This document shows positions 35,342-44,866 of a stretch of DNA of 64,000 nt, piece after piece. The DNA lies in assembly GCA_022840695.1 (NCBI GenBank), contig JALHDC010000001.1, positions 2,516 through 66,515 of the forward strand. Direction: 5' to 3'. The DNA comes from a bacterium (GTDB lineage: Bacteria > Patescibacteriota > Dojkabacteria > SC72). The position numbers and the translations under genes were made by a program. Position 1 is the first letter of the stretch. Every line of letters begins with the position of its first letter. The notes under the pieces are model-generated. The model ran no database searches. It was given only the letters and a program-made list of their open reading frames with translations, and was not told the DNA's origin.

Positions 35342-36371
35342 TTACCAGATCCCATTTTTCTTTCCTAATAACCAAATATGCCTCCTCTACTTTCTTTTTA
35401 GTTTCATCCAAAAGCTTGTTCTTCCTTTCTAACTCCTGCTGTATGAGAACTTCTTTTTGATATAGTTCATATATACTATTCAAAAATCCAACCAACAAAG
35501 CAACATATGCAAAGAATTTAGCCCATATTGATAGATTCATCATGTTGTAGTATTCAAGGTTTAGAAATGGAAGGAAGAATATTTGAGAAAGAAGTAAAAA
35601 GGAAATTGCAAATATTAACCAAAATTGGAAATTATCATATTGCCACTCTTTTTGGAACATATATCCAATAAAGGAAAGAAGAAGAAACATTAAAGTAATT
35701 ATTCCTGCAAATACCACCCACAATGAATCCTCTATGACATTTGAGAGTACAAATGACGCTACTACTCCAGAAAAAAGAACAAACATACCGACTACAAACA
35801 ACATAATCCTCTTCTCATTCCATTTAGAATTCTTTTCTCTTAGCTCTCTCTTCCCAAAGATCCAGCTAAAAAAGAGAATTAAGGAAAGAAAAGCTCTAGA
35901 CAGTATTGATGAGAAAGGATATATTTCTCCTGGAGTATATGTAAAGAGATTTCTAAAATCCCCAATATCTATAACTAACTGTACAACATCTAATACTCCA
36001 ACAGCCAAAAACCCTATCCCTAAAAGAAGGAAAGTTAAACTTTCTTTCTGTGTATAGTACCTAAGCATAGCTATTAAACCTGCAAATATCGCAAATACTC
36101 CAGAAAGTAGTACTGCGAAGTATTGAAAATCCTTTATCCAAACTATCTCCCCAACAAAACAAGCCAATATTAAGAAAGATAGAAGGGAAATTAACATCAT
36201 AAGAAATTGTAACCCTACATGAGTTCTATCTAATTTTACTCTTTCCATAGTCATTAATTTAAAATTAAAATACAAACTTAGAAAACGATATATCCACATT
36301 TCTCTCAGCATATGGGGCGCATATCGTAATATTTCCTTGACCATCTTGGGAAATGTAATAACCAGATCCAT
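35301..36371 (-). CDS. Polytopic membrane protein with C-terminal coiled-coil tail; true start probably near 36254
   Basis: 7-8 predicted TM helices. The track ORF overlaps the upstream pilin-like gene by ~100 nt, so the internal ATG MTMERVKLD is the likelier start. Confidence 0.5.
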   Translation of the reverse strand: MDLVITFPKMVKEILRYAPHMLREMWIYRFLSLYFNFKLMTMERVKLDRTHVGLQFLMMLISLLSFLILACFVGEIVWIKDFQYFAVLLSGVFAIFAGLIAMLRYYTQKESLTFLLLGIGFLAVGVLDVVQLVIDIGDFRNLFTYTPGEIYPFSSILSRAFLSLILFFSWIFGKRELREKNSKWNEKRIMLFVVGMFVLFSGVVASFVLSNVIEDSLWVVFAGIITLMFLLLSFIGYMFQKEWQYDNFQFWLIFAISFLLLSQIFFLPFLNLEYYNMMNLSIWAKFFAYVALLVGFLNSIYELYQKEVLIQQELERKNKLLDETKKKVEEAYLVIRKEKWDLVSGKKKISKTSKRK

Positions 36372-36885
36372 TTACAGACTTACTTGAAGGGTCTGTGGGC
36401 AGAGAAATAACTCCACCATCTGAACTACCATTAGATGTTAAGAAGGATAGGTCTACAAGCCCCTTACAATCGTACGGACCTATTTTACATATCTCGTTAC
36501 CAACAGCAATGCATTCACTGTTTATTGGTATATTAGAAGGAATCTCTCCTTTAGAATCGATATAGTTGCTTACGGCTGTAAGTATGGATGCAACATCAGC
36601 ACTTCTATGAACATTTCTTTCATCAGCACCCTGTTTTTCTGGATTTAATACTAGATATCCAAGAAACCCTATTACGAAAAATGCAGATATTATTACTAGA
36701 AAATCCAGTATGGAAAATCCTTTATTAAGAGGCTTTCCCTCTACTTTTTGCTGTAATTGCTCCTTATAGAGCAAATCAATACCAGAATTTGGAGCAGTTT
36801 TACCTTCTTGCATATCTATATAATACATAAGAGTGAGAAAAGTTCCAACTACATTCGCATATCCTTTGAGATAATAATTTATCAT
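36265..36885 (-). CDS. Type IV pilin-like protein (class III signal peptide)
   Basis: KGFSILDFLVIISAFFVIGFLGYLVL resembles the prepilin G/FxxxE leader and N-terminal hydrophobic helix (Asp instead of Glu at +5); C-terminal region with Cys pairs. Confidence 0.5.
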   Translation of the reverse strand: MINYYLKGYANVVGTFLTLMYYIDMQEGKTAPNSGIDLLYKEQLQQKVEGKPLNKGFSILDFLVIISAFFVIGFLGYLVLNPEKQGADERNVHRSADVASILTAVSNYIDSKGEIPSNIPINSECIAVGNEICKIGPYDCKGLVDLSFLTSNGSSDGGVISLPTDPSSKSVNGSGYYISQDGQGNITICAPYAERNVDISFSKFVF

Positions 36886-37088
36886 TATCCCAGATTTTAT
36901 TATTACCTATAGTTTAATAACTAGTGAATATAGTATTTCACATTAATCGAGAATACTGTTATAACAAGCTTCTCGGCCTCTTAGATCTAATTATCCACAA
37001 TTGAAATATTTATGTGATTAACTGCTCAAAGAAAAAAGTGCCTGTATTAAAAATGCTATAATTTTTCAATAAATTAAGGCTAGAAAAT

Positions 37089-37433
37089 ATGGAATTCTCT
37101 TTAAATGATGATCCTATGATATTAGTGTATGTAACATGCAATAGTATTGAACAAGCTGAAAGCATTGGAGAGCAGATTATGCAGAAGAAGCTTTGTGCAT
37201 GTGTAAATATATTTAAAGAAATGCAACCAATGTTCTTTTGGCCACCTAAAACAGGAAAAATAGATAAAAGTAAAGAAGTCGTATTAATATTGAAAAGTGT
37301 TAAGACTAAATATAGTGATATAGAAAAGGAGGTTACGAAACTTCATACCTACGAAGTGCCTTGTATATTTGCAATACCTGTTACTTTTGTAGCAGATTCT
37401 TACTGGGAATGGTTAAAAGGTGAAATGGAATAG
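37089..37433 (+). CDS. cutA: Divalent-cation tolerance protein CutA
   Basis: VYVTCNSIEQAESIGEQIMQKKLCACVNI ... EVVLILKS ... LHTYEVPCIFAIPV matches the CutA1 family across its length. Confidence 0.85.
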   Translation: MEFSLNDDPMILVYVTCNSIEQAESIGEQIMQKKLCACVNIFKEMQPMFFWPPKTGKIDKSKEVVLILKSVKTKYSDIEKEVTKLHTYEVPCIFAIPVTFVADSYWEWLKGEME

Positions 37434-37441
37434 AGTTTTAA

Positions 37442-37530
37442 CGGAGGGAGAGGGATTCGAACCCCCGGTCCTACGATTGTAAGACAGAGCTTTTCGAGAG
37501 CTCCCCTTTCGACCACTCAGGCATCCCTCC
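37442..37530 (-). tRNA. tRNA-Ser (CGA), class II
   Basis: Revcomp GGAGGGATGCCTGAGTGGTCGAAAGGGGAGCTCTCGAAAAGCTC...GGGGGTTCGAATCCCTCTCCCTCCG. Anticodon stem GAGCT/AGCTC, loop CTCGAAA. Confidence 0.85.
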
Positions 37531-37573
37531 TAACAATGCAGTATTATACAATGAATATTGATCAAAAGAATGC

Positions 37574-38254
37574 TTAAACCTCCTCTAAAGGAATGTATTC
37601 ACCATAACTCATCTTGTCTAACCAACCCCACTTCTTTATATCCTCATACAAAATCTTTTCTTGAAGCAATACAAATATTGGATCCTTATCTTTTGAATTT
37701 ACCAAAAGAATTAATGCTTTGGGAAAATTAAGCTTTGTTCTTACAATTAAAAGTATGGTTTCTTCTCTTTTTGTAAAGAAAAAACTATCTAACATATACC
37801 ACTCATACAACTTATCCCCTGTTTCTATTCCCCTAGCAGTTATTCGATGCTTAACCTTCAAAGGTTTAGTTGTACCAGCGACATACAGAAGAAAAAGCAT
37901 AGAAAGGATTGCTGCCATTAATAGGTAGTTACCTAAGATTGCTAGTAACAAAGAAAATAGAAGAGAGAGAACAACTACTATTAAAAATCCCTTATTATCA
38001 AACTTAAATTGATACCTATCAAATGCACTCCATTCAAAAAGCTTAATATTCTGAACAACCTTATCTGTTTGTACAGGATCCTCCTCTAATTTAACTTCCT
38101 TTCGTACAATTTCCCTCCTCCTATTATCTTTCTCCTCCTCTACTGCCTTTTTCTTTGCATCCATTATCTTCTTCTCTCTTTCTCGGAGGCTCTTTTCTCC
38201 AGAAATTATTTCAAGTAGTTTTTCAAAATCCTTTTTCTCTTCATTATTTTTCAT
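37574..38254 (-). CDS. Membrane protein with Lys/Glu-rich N-terminal region, unknown function
   Basis: 226 aa; charged N-terminal ~80 aa, two TM helices, C-terminal soluble domain. Confidence 0.45.
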   Translation of the reverse strand: MKNNEEKKDFEKLLEIISGEKSLREREKKIMDAKKKAVEEEKDNRRREIVRKEVKLEEDPVQTDKVVQNIKLFEWSAFDRYQFKFDNKGFLIVVVLSLLFSLLLAILGNYLLMAAILSMLFLLYVAGTTKPLKVKHRITARGIETGDKLYEWYMLDSFFFTKREETILLIVRTKLNFPKALILLVNSKDKDPIFVLLQEKILYEDIKKWGWLDKMSYGEYIPLEEV

Positions 38255-38261
38255 ATTTTAA

Positions 38262-38630
38262 TCATATAATAAATGAGAATATTAATACAACAACAAGAAT
38301 AGATATCCCCCAGGTAATTGTTAATATATGGAAGAAATTTAAAAGTAATACTGTTAATAATCCAATTGTTAAAATTGCAGAATATTTTACAGAATACACT
38401 ATTATATTTCTCCTACTATCCCCTCTTCTGAATATTTTTAAAAGAATATAAAATATCGAAGTAAGGATAGATATACAAGATATAGCAATCAAAGATAATA
38501 GTGTAAATATATTTATCCAGTTATATTCTCCTAAATGATTTGTAGGTAGAAAATTCTGATTATTTAACAAATAGTACAAAAGAGTTACAGGTGTAATAGA
38601 GAGAATTATTAATGATAGTACAAATTTCAT
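38262..38630 (-). CDS. Small polytopic membrane protein, unknown function
   Basis: 122 aa, four hydrophobic helices; co-oriented with and immediately upstream of the previous gene. Confidence 0.4.
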   Translation of the reverse strand: MKFVLSLIILSITPVTLLYYLLNNQNFLPTNHLGEYNWINIFTLLSLIAISCISILTSIFYILLKIFRRGDSRRNIIVYSVKYSAILTIGLLTVLLLNFFHILTITWGISILVVVLIFSFII

Positions 38631-38706
38631 AATTTTTTATTATCTAGGTTTTAACTTCTTAATTATACCCAATTATTATTTATTAATAATTTTTAATTAT
38701 ACTTCT

Positions 38707-39378
38707 ATGAATATACTAATTATAGAGAATTCAAAGACTCTTTCCCAACTTCTTTTTAAAACTCTTAACTCCTACGGATATTCTGTATCTGTTGATGATA
38801 AAAATTTTTCAAGTCAAAACCTAATTAAAAGTAAAATATTTGATGTATGCATAATGAATACTAATTTAGGTGATACTTTAAGCAAGAAGATATTGAAATA
38901 TATAGTAGATAAATCAACAAATACTAAAATATTAGGGATCTGTAATAGAGGTAGTTGGGTAGAAAAGGTTGAATTTTTAAAAAGAGGTGGAGATGATGTC
39001 CTTACCTACCCTTTTCCAATACAAGAGTTACTAGCTAGAATTCAATCTTTAATGAGAAGACCTAAGAATTATGTAGATAAAAACCTATATATTGGAGACT
39101 TTATGTTGGATTTAGATAATAAGTCTGTATATAAAGACAATGCGGATATGGATATTAGAAAAAAAGAGTATGATCTTTTTGAATATTTAGTCAGGAATAA
39201 AGACAGGGTTATATCAAGATGTGAACTCCTCGATCATGTATGGGATTATAGAGAGTACATAGGGTCTAATACGATAGATGTACATATAAAAAGGTTAAGA
39301 GATAAACTTCAAGATAAGACTTTAATAGAAACTGTCCATGGAGTTGGATACCAAGTAAAAGAGCCTAAAGCATCATAG
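38707..39378 (+). CDS. OmpR/PhoB-family winged-helix response regulator (orphan, atypical receiver)
   Basis: C-terminal trans_reg_C-like region (KKEYDLFEYLVRNKDRVISRCELLDHVW...IDVHIKRLRDKL...VHGVGYQV). The N-terminal receiver-like domain does not show a clear acid pocket; no kinase gene adjacent. Confidence 0.65.
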   Translation: MNILIIENSKTLSQLLFKTLNSYGYSVSVDDKNFSSQNLIKSKIFDVCIMNTNLGDTLSKKILKYIVDKSTNTKILGICNRGSWVEKVEFLKRGGDDVLTYPFPIQELLARIQSLMRRPKNYVDKNLYIGDFMLDLDNKSVYKDNADMDIRKKEYDLFEYLVRNKDRVISRCELLDHVWDYREYIGSNTIDVHIKRLRDKLQDKTLIETVHGVGYQVKEPKAS

Positions 39379-40492
39379 GCATGACTAGATGGACAAAACT
39401 ATCATCCCCGTCTATCTTAAATACTCCTGGTTTAACTGCTTCTGAACACTCAAAAAGTATATTTTCGGAATCTAAGTGATTAAGTATGTCAGAAAGAAGT
39501 TTTGCACTAAAAGCTATCTTTAGATCCTCTCCCTCTACTTTACAACCAAAGTTACTCTCATTTTTACCTAAATCAGCTTGAGTAGCGGAAAGAGATATTT
39601 GATCTGATTTAGAAGATATATCTAATATCATCTTATTTCCTAAAACAGATCTAGCAATAATATTGACTATCTTTAAAGAATTTAGAAATACTTCTCTCTC
39701 TATACTACATTTAGTTTTAAATCCTGTAGGTATAATCTGTTTATATTCAGGAAATTCACCATCTATTAACCTAGATATTAAATCTATATCTCCAACTCTA
39801 AACATAACTTGATTCTTATCCTCTATTAAATAGATTGATAATAGTTCATCAGAATCATTACTTGTCTCAGAGATTATATATGAAAGCTCTATTAAAGCTC
39901 TTACAGGAATTAAGAAACTCCTATTCTTAGATGTTTTTCCAACCTTAATAACCTGTCTAGATAATCTCAAACCATCAGTTGCTATTAAAGCCACCTGATC
40001 ATCCTCTATTTCAAATTTGACACCTGTTAATACCGGTTTAATATCATCAGTAGCAGCAGCAAAAGCAACTCTATTAATGGCCATAACTAAATCTGCTTTA
40101 TTAATCTGAATAAACGGATCTTCCTTCTTTTCTACAGATGGAATTGTAGGAAAATCATCAGAAGGCATAGTATTAAAACTTGCAGTATTGTTAGATGTTG
40201 ATATATTGAAATTTTGTTTTTCAACTTCTACCTGAACAACCTCTTCTGGAATTGAATTTACAAAATCTGTTAATTGTTTAGCAGGTATAGTTACTTTTCC
40301 CTCATCTGTAATATCAGCACCTATCCAGGTATTGATACTTAGTTCTAAATCAGTTGCCTTGATAATCAATTTATTCTTTTCACTTTCGAATAGTACATTG
40401 TTTAATATTGGAAGACCAGGTTTATTACTAACTACCCTACTTACAATATTCAAATATTTTGAGAATGTATCTTGATTACAAGAAAACTTCAT
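39365..40492 (-). CDS. dnaN: DNA polymerase III beta sliding clamp
   Basis: MKFSCNQDTFSKYLNIVSRVVSNKPGLPILNNVLFE is typical of the DnaN N-terminus; 375 aa; located downstream of dnaA. Confidence 0.9.
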   Translation of the reverse strand: MKFSCNQDTFSKYLNIVSRVVSNKPGLPILNNVLFESEKNKLIIKATDLELSINTWIGADITDEGKVTIPAKQLTDFVNSIPEEVVQVEVEKQNFNISTSNNTASFNTMPSDDFPTIPSVEKKEDPFIQINKADLVMAINRVAFAAATDDIKPVLTGVKFEIEDDQVALIATDGLRLSRQVIKVGKTSKNRSFLIPVRALIELSYIISETSNDSDELLSIYLIEDKNQVMFRVGDIDLISRLIDGEFPEYKQIIPTGFKTKCSIEREVFLNSLKIVNIIARSVLGNKMILDISSKSDQISLSATQADLGKNESNFGCKVEGEDLKIAFSAKLLSDILNHLDSENILFECSEAVKPGVFKIDGDDSFVHLVMPMML

Positions 40493-40935
40493 ATATGTAT
40501 TTTAATATTTTAATTGAGGCAGTTATGTTATTCATTTTAACATTTTTTTATACCAAAAAGAATGAATCTGTCTAATTCTTAATTAATATATATAAATAGT
40601 AATAGTTATAGTAGTAAGTGTGTATATGTAGATAATTATAGAAAGTACTGAAAGAAACATTTCCAGAACAGACTTTTCTTTCATTTTTCTCCTGTGAATA
40701 ATTTAAGTATTAAATTTTCCTTTAACTATGTTAAAAATCTTTTATTAAAAAGATTTCTTACTGTGGATTACTTTGTGGTATATGTGTTGGATAATTACTT
40801 ATATCTTGTGGGTATCGATATTTGCGTAAATCTTTATATACCAATGTTTCTACGAAATTAAAAGATCTTTAGAGTGTGGGTAATATGATAACTTATCAGT
40901 AGATATACAGTACTTATCCACATACTTATCCTCAC
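40493..40935. promoter_or_regulatory. Candidate oriC: AT-rich dnaA-dnaN intergenic region with DnaA boxes
   Basis: Perfect TTATCCACA at 40914..40922; one-mismatch boxes at 40763..40771 (TGTGGATTA), 40875..40883 (TGTGGGTAA) and 40926..40934 (TTATCCTCA); very AT-rich stretch 40500..40740. Further boxes lie upstream of dnaA at 42491..42499 and 42550..42558. Confidence 0.55.
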
Positions 40936-42405
40936 CTAACTTCTTAATATCTTAATACACTTATCGATCTTTTCATCTGTTCTACGGTCATTCCCTCTTA
41001 AGGCTTCTATTTTTTCGTATGCATGTATAACTGTTGTATGGTCCTTTCTATTTACTTCTTTTGCTACCCTTTCAAGTGGCATATCCAACTCCTTTCGAAG
41101 TATATACATTACAATCTGTCTGCACTTTGCTACATATGCTGTTCTTCTATTTCCCTTTATTTCATTTGGTTTTACATCAAACACCTCTGATACTGTTTTT
41201 ATGACCTTGGTAGGTGTAATTCTTTTTCTCTTTGTATCAATATCTATTTGCAGTATTTTTGCTACATCCTCTTCTGTTGGATTAATACCTAACTTGAAAA
41301 GAGATACAACTTTAGTTAGTGCTCCCTCTAGCTCCCTTATATTGCTTTCTACATTTTTGGCTATCAATTCTATATATTCATCAGGTATTGAGTAGTTCCT
41401 ATCTGTTAAACACTGTCTTAGTATGGCTATTCTTGTTTCGTAATCTGGTGCTTGGATATCCGCAACCATCCCTCCTTCAAATCTAGATCTTAGTCTATCA
41501 GTGATATTCTTTATTTCCTTAGGAGGTCTATCTGATGCTAGTATTATCTGTTTATTAGCTTGGTATAGGGTATTAAAGGTATGAAATAGCTCCTCTTGTG
41601 TTCTAGGGTATGTTTCCACGAACTGGACATCGTCTATGATTAAAAGGTCCACTGCCCTGTATTTATTCCTAAAATCCTCATTTCTTTTTGTCCTAATAGC
41701 CTCAACCATTTCATTTAGGAATTGTTCTATTGATATGTAAACAACCTTTTTATTTGAATCTTTTCTCAATATCTCATTTCCAATAGCTTGCATAAGGTGT
41801 GTTTTTCCTACACCTGTCTCTCCGTAGTAGAAAACAGGATTATATGCATTTCCAAGATCTTCTAAAACTGCCTGTGCTACAGCCTCTGCTAATCTATTAT
41901 TGGAACCAACTATGAAGTTAGAAAAAAGATACTTAGGGTTTAGGTGTGACTCTTCTAATGACTTTTTATACAAGTGTTCCTCTTTCTCAGCTGAGGAAAA
42001 AAGATCTAGGACCTCTTCTTCCTTTTCCGAACCTGGATTATGATACTCATATCTTGGTTTACTACTTTCTTTAGATTTTTCCCTTAAGTTTATTTCCAAT
42101 TCAAAATTCCTATCACAAGTTTTTTGAAGAGCATTTTTAATTGCATACTGATAATCTTTTAAAATCTTCTCTCTTTTATATGCAGCATCACAAGACATCT
42201 GCACTACTCCATTATTTATTGACTCTATATATACATTCCCAAAGAGACCACCAAATTCTCTCACCCCGATTGCTTGTTTCAAATACTCTTGAGCTACTTT
42301 CCATACTTCATCTGGATCCCATTCATTATCGTTATTACTCACAACAGTAGTGTTACTTGGTATCTTTTCAAAATGATTTTTAAAGTCTGCTTTGTTCATT
42401 AGCAT
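40936..42405 (-). CDS. dnaA: Chromosomal replication initiator DnaA
   Basis: Walker A GETGVGKTHLMQAIGNEI, Walker B LLIIDDVQFV, sensor/arginine regions, C-terminal DNA-binding helix VAMYILRKELDMPLERVAKEV...HTTVIHAYEKI. Confidence 0.95.
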   Translation of the reverse strand: MLMNKADFKNHFEKIPSNTTVVSNNDNEWDPDEVWKVAQEYLKQAIGVREFGGLFGNVYIESINNGVVQMSCDAAYKREKILKDYQYAIKNALQKTCDRNFELEINLREKSKESSKPRYEYHNPGSEKEEEVLDLFSSAEKEEHLYKKSLEESHLNPKYLFSNFIVGSNNRLAEAVAQAVLEDLGNAYNPVFYYGETGVGKTHLMQAIGNEILRKDSNKKVVYISIEQFLNEMVEAIRTKRNEDFRNKYRAVDLLIIDDVQFVETYPRTQEELFHTFNTLYQANKQIILASDRPPKEIKNITDRLRSRFEGGMVADIQAPDYETRIAILRQCLTDRNYSIPDEYIELIAKNVESNIRELEGALTKVVSLFKLGINPTEEDVAKILQIDIDTKRKRITPTKVIKTVSEVFDVKPNEIKGNRRTAYVAKCRQIVMYILRKELDMPLERVAKEVNRKDHTTVIHAYEKIEALRGNDRRTDEKIDKCIKILRS

Positions 42406-42658
42406 AAATAAAAAATAATAAGGCAGTTTAAAGGGGGGCAGTCACATGGCCGATTGGGACTTTTATCCATTATAATGATTTCGAAAGAAATGTGGATATG
42501 TTTCTAAATAGAATATTAAAATCTCCTAATAAAGGCACTTTTTAACAATGGTGGATAACTCTAGTAATTTTAGAGTCTTTTTATACAATTCTTTTAAATT
42601 TTTAAATATCCCTTATTATACTTGGCATTTTACAATATCAACTGTATAATAACGCTGT

Positions 42659-42841
42659 ATGAAAAGAACATATCAACCAAAAAATGTAAAAAGAATCAAA
42701 AAACTTGGGTTTAGAGCTAGATCTAAAACCGTTGGTGGTCGAAAGGTACTTAAAAGAAAAAGAGCGAAGGGAAAGAAAATCCTTTCTGTGAGTGAGGAGT
42801 ACAAGCTTTTAAGAAAAAAGCATACAAAAAGTATAAGATAG
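42659..42841 (+). CDS. rpmH: 50S ribosomal protein L34 (with C-terminal extension)
   Basis: [40 protein letters not shown] matches the L34 consensus; canonical position upstream of rnpA. Confidence 0.88.
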   Translation: MKRTYQPKNVKRIKKLGFRARSKTVGGRKVLKRKRAKGKKILSVSEEYKLLRKKHTKSIR

Positions 42842-42847
42842 ATATAT

Positions 42848-43183
42848 ATGCTTCCTAAAAAATTTCGTTTACCGGTAGAAAATTTCGAAAATGTATATCG
42901 TACTGGTAAAAAAGTGCGGGGGAAGTACGGAATGTTAGTTTTTTCTGAGAATAATGTAGATAATCCAAGGATAGGTTTTGTTGTTAGTAAAAAGATAGGT
43001 AATGCTGTCATGCGACATAGAATGACAAGATTACTAAGAAACTCTTTTTTAGATTCGGTTAATGAATTAAATATCTCAGAGGCAAGTTTTGATTTTCAGT
43101 ATGTGGCATTTGTGTATTGTGATAAATATTCCCTACTTAAGGAGGAAGTAAAGAATCAATTAATACAGATAAAGAATGATTAA
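42848..43183 (+). CDS. rnpA: RNase P protein component
   Basis: KKFRLPVENFENVY...GFVVSKKIGNAVMRHRMTRLLR (RNR motif region). Confidence 0.85.
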   Translation: MLPKKFRLPVENFENVYRTGKKVRGKYGMLVFSENNVDNPRIGFVVSKKIGNAVMRHRMTRLLRNSFLDSVNELNISEASFDFQYVAFVYCDKYSLLKEEVKNQLIQIKND

Positions 43184-43418
43184 ATATATTCTGTTAAAGA
43201 TTATAAAGGGATATCAGAAAGTTTTTTCCTTTGACCATGGTTTTATAGGAAAAGTATTCCCCAACACAAGATATTGCAGATTTGTACCTACTTGCTCGGA
43301 GTATAGTTATGAAGCAATTAATAGATATGGTGTTTTAAAAGGTATTCAAATATCATTTAAAAGATTTGTAAGATGTAATCCATGGAATAGGTCTGAAAGA
43401 TATGATCCTGTTCCTTAA
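43176..43418 (+). CDS. yidD: Membrane protein insertion efficiency factor YidD
   Basis: CRFVPTCSEYSYEAINRYG conserved cysteine motif; 80 aa; overlaps the rnpA stop. Confidence 0.85.
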   Translation: MIKYILLKIIKGYQKVFSFDHGFIGKVFPNTRYCRFVPTCSEYSYEAINRYGVLKGIQISFKRFVRCNPWNRSERYDPVP

Positions 43419-43470
43419 GCTCGATTTATGATATATTCGCTATCATTGTATTATTTTTATTATTAAAAAT

Positions 43471-44322
43471 ATGTTTTCAGCAATTTGGAACAATATATTC
43501 TACTTTCCAGTTCTAAATCTTTTAGTTATTTTTCATAATATTCTTTTTGATAATTTAGGGTTGGCGATAATCGCCGTTGCTATTATCTTCAGATTTCTAC
43601 TTCTTCCTTTGATGAAGAATCAAACAGAGATGACGAAAAAAATGGCATCTCTTAAACCCCAAATAGATGCATTACAGAAGAAGTATAAGAATAATCCTGA
43701 GAAACTATCTCAAGAACAAATAAAGCTTTATAAAAAAGTAGGCTACAATCCTTTAGGTTGTTTAGTTACTTTTATTCCTCAGTTGTTAGTACTTTCTGTT
43801 TTGATTCAAGTTATTCGAAATGTCACAAATAATGATTTAGATGGCATATATCCTTTTCTTCAAAATTGGTTGAGCGATGGTGGTTCGTTGAGTATTAATA
43901 CAAAGTTTTTATTTTGGGATTTAACAAAATCATACAATGATGTCTCTGCAGAGGTTGGGAAATTTGCAGTAGAATCCTTACTCTACCTTTTCTTAGCTGT
44001 ATTAGTAGGTTTTTCTCAGTACTTAATGTCTAAATTTACACAGAATATACAGGGAACTGAAAAGAAGGAAGAGAAGAAAAAGAAAGAGGCTGATATGTCT
44101 GCTGATGAAATGCAAAAGCAAATGTCTAAATCTTTTATGTATATTCTTCCATTTACAACTGTATTTATTGCTGTAAGTGCTCCTGCTGCATTAAGTCTCT
44201 ACTGGGTAATTCAATCCTTTATGTTAGTAATTCAGTATATGGTATTAGATTGGGATAAGACGAAAAAGGGTGTCCAGAATCTTTTGACAATGAATAGAGA
44301 TAAAAAGGATTTGAAAAAATAA
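43471..44322 (+). CDS. yidC: Membrane protein insertase YidC/Oxa1 (short form)
   Basis: Five TM core, conserved position after yidD, K-rich C-terminal tail (KKEEKKKKEADMSADEMQKQM). Confidence 0.8.
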   Translation: MFSAIWNNIFYFPVLNLLVIFHNILFDNLGLAIIAVAIIFRFLLLPLMKNQTEMTKKMASLKPQIDALQKKYKNNPEKLSQEQIKLYKKVGYNPLGCLVTFIPQLLVLSVLIQVIRNVTNNDLDGIYPFLQNWLSDGGSLSINTKFLFWDLTKSYNDVSAEVGKFAVESLLYLFLAVLVGFSQYLMSKFTQNIQGTEKKEEKKKKEADMSADEMQKQMSKSFMYILPFTTVFIAVSAPAALSLYWVIQSFMLVIQYMVLDWDKTKKGVQNLLTMNRDKKDLKK

Positions 44323-44361
44323 TGTCCTAATTGTTTGAAGCTAAATTTTTAATATTATCTT

Positions 44362-44841
44362 ATGAAAGATAAAGAAATAATTAAGTTCATGAAAAAAGAG
44401 GTTGATGAATTATGTTCTCTTTTGAATGTTGATTGTGAGAACAGATGTGAAATGGAGGAAGGTGAGGAGGGAGTTAAGTATATAAAAGTGTATTTTGATG
44501 GTGAAGATCTAGGATATATGATTGGAAGTCATGGTAGACATCTTGATTCTATACAGTACATATTGCAATTAATAATGGGAAAAGAGCTGGAACAGGATCC
44601 TAATTATAGAGTTCTTGTGGATGTTAGTGGATATCGAGAGGAAAAAAATAGTAAGTTAGAGGAGATGGCTATGCAAAAAGCAGATGATGTTCGAATTCTT
44701 GGAGAAGAAATAGAATTGCCCCCTATGAAGCCTTCTGATAGAAGAGTAATACATGTTGTTTTGTCTAAATTTGAAGATATAGAAACTGAAAGTATAGGAG
44801 AGGGAAGAGACAGGAGGATTGTCATAAAGCCTATTAAGTAG
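44362..44841 (+). CDS. jag: Jag/KhpB RNA-binding protein (KH plus R3H)
   Basis: KH-like GYMIGSHGRHLDSIQYIL and R3H-like PSDRRVIHVVL; canonical position after yidC. Confidence 0.8.
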   Translation: MKDKEIIKFMKKEVDELCSLLNVDCENRCEMEEGEEGVKYIKVYFDGEDLGYMIGSHGRHLDSIQYILQLIMGKELEQDPNYRVLVDVSGYREEKNSKLEEMAMQKADDVRILGEEIELPPMKPSDRRVIHVVLSKFEDIETESIGEGRDRRIVIKPIK

Positions 44842-44866
44842 ACTTAGTAAGTGATAAAATTGCTTA

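Noticed and set aside
36265-36371. 100-nt overlap between the pilin-like gene and the track's 35301..36371 ORF
   Set aside because: This is an artefact of taking the most upstream start; an internal ATG (MTMERVKLD, ~36254) removes the overlap, so it is not a real gene overlap.
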